Below the pieces are notes generated by a model, which saw only the letters and a program-made list of their open reading frames with translations, was not told the DNA's origin and searched no databases. From an uncultured Hormoscilla sp. (GTDB lineage: Bacteria; Cyanobacteriota; Cyanobacteriia; Cyanobacteriales; Desertifilaceae): a DNA stretch of 64,000 nucleotides. The DNA lies in NCBI GenBank assembly GCA_963921275.4, contig OZ001293.3, positions 4,064,001-4,128,000 on the forward strand, in the 5' to 3' direction. Position 1 is the stretch's first letter, and the number at the start of each line of letters is the position of its first letter. The position numbers and the translations under genes are program-made. Of this stretch, positions 42,536-51,922 are shown one piece after another.

Positions 42536-44933
42536 ATTAAACTAAGCCAGTCCGTCACCGGACCGACTCGTCTTCAAAACCGGACATGAGACTTTCGCCT
42601 CATCCTGCTCCTCGGTCACGCCACCCTTGTCATGGGTACGGCTACTGCCATCGCTGGCAGTCTTTTTGTCGTGGCAGTGTTTGTGTAGCAACTGTAGGTT
42701 GTCATACCGGTCCTTACCTCCTAGTGAAAGGGGCATGATATGGTCAACTTCCCATTTGTCACTATCCATAAACGTTAGTCCGCACTGTTGGCATTTTCCC
42801 TTTTGCTGCTTGAGTAGCGTTGCTACCCTTTTACTCAGTTCGGGGCTTTTGCCTAATCTTGTGCTCCAATATGTGAGGTTCCCGTCGTATGGGCTTGCGG
42901 TCCCTTTCACTTTTACGTGTCTGATTATCTCAGTTTCGGAGTGTTTACGTATCTTCATATCACCCTCTTTTGTCTTGCTTCGGAATCGCCATTTAGCATC
43001 CTGGTTTACAGACCAGTATTTATAGGTTATCCAGTTACTTGACTTGTTAGGGTGCCTCCTTTTGGCCCATTGCCATAGGATGTTCCATAGGTAGTTGTCC
43101 ATATCGCTGTAAATTTCCTTGCTTACCACTGTCCTAAAGTAGTTTGACCATCCCCTTATTATCGGGTTTAGCCTGCTTATTAGGGCCGCTTGTGGTGCTG
43201 TTATATGGCTAGTTACCATTTCTGATAACCGTTCTTTATGCTTCCCTATGGACTTATTACTGGGTTTGATTAGGGTTTTGAATCCTAGGGGTGTTCCGTT
43301 TGTTGATTTGCCGGTTCTGTATTTTCCCTCTTTATATTGCCTTATATTGAATCCTAGGAAGTCGAATCCCGGGTTTTCTCCATTTAGCCTGTGGGCTATC
43401 TTTGTCTTTTCGGCCTTCAACTCAAGCCCTATTCTTCTTAGCCACTCTGCCACCACTGTTTGCGCTCTGTCTATCATCTCCCTGTCTTCATGCATGATCA
43501 CAAAGTCGTCTGCGTATCTGACTACCGTCAGCTTTTGCTTTTCCCTTTGTGTCTTTGCTAATTCCATTACTGCTTCCTCTAACCCCTGTAGGGCTATATT
43601 GGCTAGCAGTGGGGATATGACACCCCCTTGTGGCGTTCCTGCCTCAGTTGTGTGCCATATCTTCTTGTCAATCACCCCGGCTTTTAACCATGCCCGTACT
43701 TGTTTACGGATTGGTGACGTAGTATTTAATTTTTCGACTAGCGCTTTGTGGTCTATCCTGTCGAAACATTTCGCAATATCTGCATCTAATACCCATTTGG
43801 GTTTCTGTTTAATGCTGCTGAATATTGCCGCAATTGCATCGTGGCATCCCCGACCCGGTCTGAATCCGTATGAGTTCCCCTCCATATATGCTTCCCATTC
43901 GGGTTCAAGCGCAATCTTGAGGAGCCCTTGATTCGCGCGGTCGTGCATCGTGGGTATTTCTAAAGGACGTTTTTCTTCTCTCCCTGGCTTAGGAATCCAT
44001 ACACGACGTGTAGGCTTAGCCTTGTTTGAGATTTCAATCTGTCCTACCAGTTCTCGGCGTTGCTTTGGGGTTAGTGATTTCACACCATCCACACCGGCTG
44101 TCTTCTTTCCCTGGTTATCTTGTGTAACCCGTCGTACCGCTAGACATTTGGCAGCCCGGGAGCTTACCAGTAACCTTTGGAGCCTGCGAACTTTTTGCTT
44201 ATTGCCTTCTTGTGCCGCTCTGTAAATTCGTTTTTGCAACTTAAAGACTACCCGTTCCAGCCGAGGCCAGGGGATATCCTTCCATTCATTCATCGATTTT
44301 GACATCGTGCTCATGACGTATGTATTGCTACTTACAACTTTACAATTGACGTTACCGTGAGGGCGTCAGCATATCCCATCCATTACAGAAAGGCGTTAGC
44401 TTCTCCGCGAAATCTTTCCCAGATATAACCTGCCGAATGTAAGCAGATGTTGCGCCTTTGGTGGCTGCTCAACCTATCGACCGGTGGTTGAGAGTATGTA
44501 CCTGGTTTACTTCGTTCCTCTAGATGATTGGTCGTAGTTTTAGGTGGATTCCTTATGCCGGGTTTATTGTCGGTGCTTATTGGTCGGAAAAGGAACCGCC
44601 AATGACCATTATCCTTTCCCTTTTGGGCCAGCGTGTTTAGCCTTATTACGCTGGTTTGTCGTAACGACACTGTAAATCTTTGCTTTCGCTCACCGTGACT
44701 ACTTGCACGCTGCGCGAAAAATCGGCGATGACCGGTTTAGGCTACCAGCCAGGGCGCCTTTCGTACCCGCTTCACGGATTGATGCCATCGCTACCGTGGG
44801 GTAAGTGCTGTCACTCCTGCACCTGGAGGGGTGGGCTTTCACCACCATCATCTAAAAGTTATCAAGGCTAATGGAGCCTTGCCAGTGGTCCCCCTTCGGT
44901 TATCACCGGTGGTTTACACTGAACGAGTCGCAC
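42536..44933 (-). mobile_element. Full-length group II intron (2398 bp), inverted copy of 33676-36073
   Basis: Same termini, same length and identical ORF translation. Confidence 0.95.
42542..44314 (-). CDS. ltrA: Group II intron reverse transcriptase/maturase with HNH endonuclease
   Basis: 590 aa identical to 34295-36067. Confidence 0.96.
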   Translation of the reverse strand: MSTMSKSMNEWKDIPWPRLERVVFKLQKRIYRAAQEGNKQKVRRLQRLLVSSRAAKCLAVRRVTQDNQGKKTAGVDGVKSLTPKQRRELVGQIEISNKAKPTRRVWIPKPGREEKRPLEIPTMHDRANQGLLKIALEPEWEAYMEGNSYGFRPGRGCHDAIAAIFSSIKQKPKWVLDADIAKCFDRIDHKALVEKLNTTSPIRKQVRAWLKAGVIDKKIWHTTEAGTPQGGVISPLLANIALQGLEEAVMELAKTQREKQKLTVVRYADDFVIMHEDREMIDRAQTVVAEWLRRIGLELKAEKTKIAHRLNGENPGFDFLGFNIRQYKEGKYRTGKSTNGTPLGFKTLIKPSNKSIGKHKERLSEMVTSHITAPQAALISRLNPIIRGWSNYFRTVVSKEIYSDMDNYLWNILWQWAKRRHPNKSSNWITYKYWSVNQDAKWRFRSKTKEGDMKIRKHSETEIIRHVKVKGTASPYDGNLTYWSTRLGKSPELSKRVATLLKQQKGKCQQCGLTFMDSDKWEVDHIMPLSLGGKDRYDNLQLLHKHCHDKKTASDGSSRTHDKGGVTEEQDEAKVSCPVLKTSRSGDGLA

Positions 44934-45752
44934 TGAACTAACGGACATAACAACTCAATCAATTTTCACGAGTGGAGAATCTTCTTGCCACTATCAAGTC
45001 CAAGCAACAAGGGCGTCATAGTGCAACATAAAAAAATCAGGCAGGACCCTTTGTTTTAGCAACTAATCAACTTGATAAATTAGCGCTAAATTCAGAAAAA
45101 ATGCTCCACATATATAAAACCGAGCAGCAGGAAGTGAAGCGTTGTTTTAAGTTTGTTAAAGACCCAATGTTTTTTGCGGATAGTGTATTTATTAAATCTC
45201 CAAAATGAATTGAAGTTTTAGGTTTAATTATGGCTCGATCTTTGTTAGTGTATAAAGTAGTAGAGCGACAGATAAGGCAAACACTTAAAGGAACAGGTTC
45301 AGGAGTAAAAAATCAGTTAGGTCCGCTGACGGATAGACCGACCCTACCTTGGATATTTCAATGTTTTCAGTCAATCCATATCTATATATCAGGCGGTAAC
45401 AAACAGATTTCAAATATTAATGAGGAGCGTTTGCACTTTCTGAAATTCTTCCCCCAGCATGGAGCGCGGTACTATTTACTGGCGTAAAATTCAAGAGGGT
45501 AAATTATGTAAAAACACACATTCAATAATGAGTATAACTTAGAGATATTTCACCTCTGAGTAGCTTGATATTGAGCAATAATAGAAAAATTTTAGTAATT
45601 TTATGTCAAGTAAGTTGTTGTTGTTGGTTGGTATAATTTTTTGGGTATTTTAAGGGACGCTGCATTGGATATTTGCCTATATTTGTGATATTGTAAGAGT
45701 TAAAAAGACCGATGTTTTATTTATGTAGTACACTTGTCGTGCGTAATGTAGG
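44934..45752 (+). mobile_element. IS1634-family transposase 3' remnant and right end
   Basis: FVLATNQLD, FKFVKDPMFFADSVFIKSP, LLVY..ERQIR, TDRPTL.WIFQCFQSIH with stops; end-like GTGCGTAATGTAGG at 45739-45752. Confidence 0.8.
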
Positions 45753-45867
45753 TTTTAGCGCTCCCACGAGATGCAGCATCAGGAGACATCGAAGGAACTA
45801 CCAGAACCTGCTTGCCTACGGGGCCATAGCCTCCTAATTTTGTCCGGAGTATTGGCATTAATATCAT

Positions 45868-46230
45868 GCTCAATTCCTCCTTGTCTAAAGATTAATAGTC
45901 ATTTAATATCATATATTTGAAATCCACACGCGCACATTTCTTGCGCGTGAAAACAAATTCCCATTGGTAACCACGAAAATCTGCTCTGGGATTTTGTGCA
46001 ATTCCTCTCCCAGGTTTTTTATAGTCATTTAACGTCATATGTCAGGCTTGACACCCGATTCAGAGATGCGCGTGAAAACAATCTTTCTGTGGGTAGCCAC
46101 GAAAATCTACTCTCGAACCTTGTGCAATTCCTCTTTACTTGTAATTTTATAGTCATTTAATGTCATCTCTAAGAGCCTCGTGTAAGAGATGCGAGTGAAA
46201 ACAGACTCCCCGTTGGTAGCCACAAAACAT
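45868..46230. repeat. Diverged ~126-128-bp tandem repeat, ~3 units
   Basis: ATAGTCATTTAA at 45895, 46021 and 46149; conserved GTGAAAACA, GGTA(A/G)CCAC(G/A)AAA and CAATTCCTC blocks. Confidence 0.85.
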
Positions 46231-46234
46231 GCTA

Positions 46235-46685
46235 CATGTACGAGTAGCTATATCTAGTATAACAAGTTTAGCGACTTGGAGTTTTGGGATGGTGATGACG
46301 CACTCTTCAAGCGTGGATAGGATTTCAGAATTTATTGCACAAATTAACTCCGAAAAACCAAATACAGTTCGGCAAAGATTATGCATAGTGGTATCAAAAC
46401 TCAAAAGTAAAAAAGGGAACATGCATAACAGAAATAGATGTAACTACTTGTTTTGTACCCTTGCTAAAATGGATATTAAGCTTGTGGCCACAAGATTTTC
46501 CTTACTTACCTTTAGCTATAGATGCTACTAATATTGGAGACAACTTTACTATCTTATCAATTAATGTCTTGATTAGAGGTAGTGGTATTCCCGTGGTCGG
46601 GCAAGTAGTGATCGCTTTTACAGAAAAAGCTTCTTGGCAGCCATTATGGAAAGAATTATTTTCTTCATTAAAAGCAATACTCCGG
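46235..46685 (+). pseudogene. IS4-like transposase remnant
   Basis: SEKPNTVRQRL, LLKWILSLW..LPLAIDAT, SWQPLWKELF in broken frames. Confidence 0.65.
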
Positions 46686-47052
46686 ACAGTTTTTAGAGCC
46701 CAGAACCACCCGAAGTGCAAGGGTTGCGGCAAAAGGCGCACTCGATGTCTCCGGAGAGCGCTATTCGCACTACCCCGGAGACATCGTTCGCTAATTTTTT
46801 CTTTGTCAGCCCCAGGGCTAACGTCGCCTATATTGCTCTATTGAGCAAAGGCTTACGCTGCAAGCCAGAAGGCTACGTACAGTCAAAACGGTCCGGACTA
46901 TTGTAAAAGGTATGGTGCCATCTGAGATGATGACCATTGTATCTGCCGTAAGCGGACTGTATGCTCGAACAAGTTGCTGCTGGTGAGACTCGCTATTTGG
47001 GTTCCTTTGCTCAGTATGCAGATTTGGAGATTGACGATTAGCAGAATCCTGT

Positions 47053-47499
47053 TTACAGGTGGATAAAGGCGCGGATGCGATCGGCTATTTTTTGTTGACT
47101 TTTACTGCAACTTTTGTAGCGAACAGTAACAGGTACGCGATCGCCCCTTTTCAGCACTATTACTGTGCGGTAGCCAACCCTAGTATGACCTTTGCTGCGG
47201 GTTTTGTACTGTTCTACTTCTACTGTCCCGATCGCCCCGATCGCATATTCTCTGACTTTTTTACCACACAATCCATATTCTGTCAAGATTACTAATCCCA
47301 GAATTTTGTCAATATAGCAGGTTTCGATTTGAGCGACAAGCAGGAGATAGAGGAGTCCGATAAAAAGTGCGATCGCGCCTATAAATATCACAAACAAGAA
47401 ATAGAGTCCGATAGCAAGCCAAATGCTACCAACGATCCAGGCACTCCAGGGGTAAGCACGGAGTGTCAGGCGAATGGGCGTTTGCTCAATTACTTTCAT
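47053..47499 (-). CDS. Hypothetical membrane protein
   Basis: MKVIEQTP.RL start, two TM helices, soluble C-terminal domain; overlaps the upstream stop. Confidence 0.75.
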   Translation of the reverse strand: MKVIEQTPIRLTLRAYPWSAWIVGSIWLAIGLYFLFVIFIGAIALFIGLLYLLLVAQIETCYIDKILGLVILTEYGLCGKKVREYAIGAIGTVEVEQYKTRSKGHTRVGYRTVIVLKRGDRVPVTVRYKSCSKSQQKIADRIRAFIHL

Positions 47500-50400
47500 G
47501 GTTTGCTGGTAGTTTGGAGGAATATCCTGTAACTCGAGAAAGTCTCAAAGTCCAAAGTCAAGGCCTCCTCATAACTGGCCCCAGTAGCATCGATAGTCTG
47601 GACGCGGATGCTATAACTCGACTGGGTCTCAAAGTCCGGAGAACTGTTAATTCGCAGTGAGTCTCCTACTATGGTGAAGGCGTCATTATCATCATCACCA
47701 ACGCCTGAGACAAGCATATAAGTAAAGCTATCTCCATCCTCGGGGTCGGTAGTAGAGAAAGTCCCCACAACTGCACCCTCAGGCGAGTTTTCATTGATGC
47801 TACTGCTGCTGAGGTTGATGTCCGTCGGAGATTCGGCAACATCGTTCACGTCAATAATCAAGACCGACTCCAAAGCATTATTAGCAGAGTCGGTAGTTTG
47901 GACTTCGATGATGTAAATCTCCTGAGTCTCAAAGTCCAAAGAACTGTTAATTCGCAGTTGGTCCCCTACTATGGTGAAGGCGTTGTTGCCGAAGACTAAC
48001 TGGTAGGTAAAGCTATCGGAATTGTCAGGGTCGGCAGTTCCGAAAGTCCCTACGACTGCACCCAATGGGGAGTTAGAATTGATGCTATTGTTGCTGAGAA
48101 CTAAGTCGGTAGGAGATTCGGCAACATCATTGACGTTAATCATGAAGGCCTCCGATTTTTCCGGAACGGTGTAACTGGCCCCAGCAAAGTCGGTAGTCTG
48201 GACGCGGATGAGGTAACTCGACTGGGTCTCAAAGTCCGGAGAACTGTTAATTCGCAGTTGGTCCCCTACTATGGTGAAGGCGGCGTTATTATCGGCACCA
48301 GCGCTTGAGACTAACTGATAGGTAAAGCTATCCGAAACGTCGGGGTCAGTAGTAGAGAAAGTCCCCACGACTGCACCCGATGGGGAGTTAGAATTGATAC
48401 GGCGGTTGCTAAGGACTATGTCAGTAGGAGACTCGGCAACATCGTTGACGTTAATCATGAAGGCCTTCGATTTTTCCGGAACGGTGTAACTGACCCCAGC
48501 AAAGTCAGTAGTCTGGACGCGGATGATGTAACTCGACTGGGTCTCAAAGTTCGGAGAACTGTTAATTCGCAGTTGGTCCCCTACTATGGTGAAGGCGGCG
48601 TTATTATCGGCACCAGCGCCGGAGACTAACTGGTAGGTAAAGGTATCTCCTTCGTCGGGGTCGGTAGTGGAGAAAGTCCCCACGACACTACCCGATGCGG
48701 AGTTTTCATCAATGTTGCGGTTACTGAGAACTAGGTCGGTAGGAGACTCGTCAATAATATTGTTGACGCTAATAGTCAAGGCCTCCGAGTAACTGAGCCC
48801 ATCAGAGTCGGTAGTCTGGACGCGGATGCTGTAACTGGACTGGGTCTCAAAGTCAGGGGAACTGTTAATTCGCAGTTGGTTCCCGGAAATGGAGAAGACG
48901 TCGTTATTATCGGCCATGCCTGAGACTAACCGGTAGGTAAAGCTATCTCCAATGTCAGGGTCGGTAGTTTCGAAAGTCCCCACAACTGCACCATCATCGG
49001 AGTTAGAATTGATGCTACTGTTGCTAAGGACTATGTCGGTCGGAGGTTCGGGAACATCGTTGACGTTAATAGTCAAAGCCTCCGAGTAACTGAGCCTATC
49101 AGAGTCGGTAGTTTGGACGCGGATGCTGTAACTCGACTGGGTCTCAAAGTCCGGAGAACTGTTAATTCGCAGTGAGTCCCCTACTATGGTGAAGGCGTCG
49201 TTATCATTGGGAACGTCGCCTGTGACTAACTGGTAGGTAAAGGTATCTCCATTATCTTCGTCGCTAGTTTCGAAAGTCCCCACAACTGCACCATCATCGG
49301 AGTTAGAATTAATGCTGCTGTTGCTAAGGACTATGTCGGTCGGAGGTTCGGGAACATCGTTGACGTTAATAGTCAAAGCCTCCGAGTAACTGAGCCTATC
49401 AGAGTCGGTAGTTTGGACGCGGATGCTGTAACTCGACTGGGTCTCAAAGTCCGGAGAACTGTTAATTCGCAGTGAGTCCCCTACTATGGTGAAGGCGTCG
49501 TTATCATTGGGAACGTCGCCTGTGACTAACTGGTAGGTAAAGGTATCTCCATTATCTTCGTCGCTAGTTTCGAAAGTCCCCACAACTGCACCATCATCGG
49601 AGTTAGAATTGATGCTGCTGCCAGAGAGGTTGATGTCCGTAGGAGGTTCGGCAACATCAATGACGTTAATAGTCAAGGCCTCCGAGTAACTGGCCCCAGC
49701 AGAGTCAGTAGTCTGGACGCGGATGCTGTACCTCGACTGGGTCTCCCTAATGTTATTCTGGATGCGGATGATGAAATTCGATGGGTTCTCAAAGTCCAAA
49801 GAACTTTTAGTTAGCAGTTCGTCCCCGGAAATGGTGAAGGCGTCGTTATCATCGTCACCGTCGCCTGAGACTAACCGGTAGGTAAAACTATCGGAAACGT
49901 CGAAGTCGCTAGTTTCGAAAGTCCCCACAACTGCACCATCATCGGAGTTAGAATTGATGCTGCTGCCAGAGAGGTTGAGGTCGGTAGGACTTAGGTTAGG
50001 ACGGGGGCCGCCCGTGCGGGCGATTCGGTTACCGAACAGGTCGTCATTGTTCAGTATGGTGCCCGAGGTGATGGACGCTGGAGTGAGGCCTCCTAAATCA
50101 TTAGCGGCGCTATTGCCCGAGAAGGTTACATCTGTGAGGGCCACGGTCGGCAGGCTGCTGGGCATGCCCTGGTTGTTACTGTTGCTATTGGTGGTGGTAT
50201 CCAGGGCGAAAATGGCGCCCCCCAGACCTTGGCCGTTGTTCGTGCCAGTGCCACCTTGAGCGGTATTGCTGTTAAAGCTGCTGTTCAAAACGCTGAGCTC
50301 GCCCAAGCGGATGAATATGGCGGAGCCCATGCCCGCGCCGCCGCCGCCGGTGCCGCCGCCGGAGCCGAAGTTGACGCTGCCAGAAAATGAGTCGCGCATG

Positions 50401-51073
50401 CCGCCGCCGCTGCCGCCGCCGCCGTTGCCGCCGTTGAAAATGCCGTCGCCGCCGCTGCCGCCGCTGCCGCCGTTGCCGCCGTTGCCGCCGGTTGAGCTGC
50501 TGAAGCCGCCGAAGCCGCCGCCGCCGAAGTCGCCGGGGCCGCCGTTGTTGCCGTTGCCGCCGCCTCTGCGGTCGCCGGCGTTGCCGGCGTTGCCGCCGAA
50601 GCCGCCGGGGCCGCCGTCTTCGTTGAAGCCGCCGTTGCGGCCGTTATTACGAGGAAAAGGAGTGAAATTAGCATTACCACCCGCTGCACGGCCGCCGCCA
50701 TTGCCACCCATGGCGCCATTATTCTGGAAAGTGCTATTGGTCACCGTGACCGTCCCGTTAAAGACAAACAGGGCACCGCCCATGCCTGCCGCCCCGCCGC
50801 CGCCATTGTCTCCCTGGGCCCGGCCGTTGCGAAAGGTCAGGTCATCGAAATTGACTGTACCGTTTCTGACAAAGAACAGCCAGTGTTGGTTGTTGCCATT
50901 AATGGTGTTGTTGTTCCCTTTTATCGTGAGCTGGACGTCTTCTTCAATCAGGGGTAGCAACCCTGCCAGAATAATATTTCCCGTGATGTTAATGGTATCT
51001 GTCTCACCGTTATTACTGGAATTGGTAATGGCTTGGGATAGTTCTGCTGGTGTGTCGCGTCAAATTGAGCCAT
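47496..51073 (-). pseudogene. Large Gly-rich, cadherin-repeat surface protein/adhesin, frameshifted near start
   Basis: ATG 51073 (MAQFDAT) is 113 nt upstream of the 50960 frame (1-nt loss); Gly-rich repeats; eight PTD.LS...VVGTF.T.D.D...DFETQSSY.IRVQTTD cadherin units; last unit broken. Confidence 0.8.
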
Positions 51074-51390
51074 AATATCTCCTAATGTAAGAGATGAACT
51101 TTTTTAGGGGTTGGTCACCAACGACCTTGAGGGAAGCCAGCTTCTAGCTATCTATAGTAGCATTTCCTGCTTTGTTAGGGAAGAAATTAATTATACTTCA
51201 TTTTTTGGTTCCTCATTGGGAACAGCAAGTTCGCCACAGGTGATAAGTAGTAACCGGTGACGTTTTGGGCCCTCAGAAGGGTGCGGTCACAAATAGTTGA
51301 TAGCCGGGTGCATCGATGATGCATGTAATATAGCCCGCAAGGTCGAACTACGAACTACTTACCAACGGGCGCAAAACCACACCCCCGATT

Positions 51391-51455
51391 TTACTCCGGC
51401 TTTGGAGGTGCTTACTCCGGCCTTGGAGGTGCTTACTCTGGCCTTGGAGTTACTT
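51391..51455. repeat. 21-bp tandem repeat x3 (TTACTCCGGCCTTGGAGGTGC), followed by degenerate 21-bp units to ~51635
   Basis: Direct repeats visible in the sequence. Confidence 0.7.
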
Positions 51456-51922
51456 AACTGCCCTTCGGTAATCTTGTCTCACGCCAAAGCAAAAGGTTGT
51501 GACGTCACCGAATGACTCTCGTACTCGGTGGAATGATTCAGTTACTCCTAAAAATGAACAGTTACCCCTGGAAATGACTGAGTTTTCCCGGGAATAACTG
51601 AGTCACTCCCTGGGGTGACTCAGTTATTCCTGGATAAAATATCTCCATTGTTAAGGGGCGTGAGCGCAGGCTGCGACCTTGGAGGCCAATGCCATTTAGG
51701 GAGAAAGCCCAGAGTCGGCTGAGATGCCTAAAGGGCGCACTACTCGTATTGCCCTTACGACATAGACATTTTGTCCCGTCAAGTGATGGGTGCGGCTCAA
51801 CTCGCTAGTCTCCCCCCTCGCTACGGACTTCTAGGCGATTGTTCTATACCACATCAATTTGATATACTACTTACTAATTGTTATTCTAGTGCAGCATAAA
51901 TTGACTTTCAACCATTCTACCT

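Noticed and set aside
34295..44314. DGR, retron or defence RT
   Set aside because: The RTs have maturase and HNH domains and lie within GTGCG...AAT intron boundaries with domain V; no TR/VR pair with A-specific mismatches seen
50266..51075. 269-aa proline-rich ORF (and 144-aa Ala-rich ORF)
   Set aside because: Antisense and alternate-frame shadows of the Gly-rich adhesin codons
51300..51345. Group II intron domain V (AGCCGGGTGCATCGATGATGCA)
   Set aside because: Only the first half matches; no closing stem or domain VI
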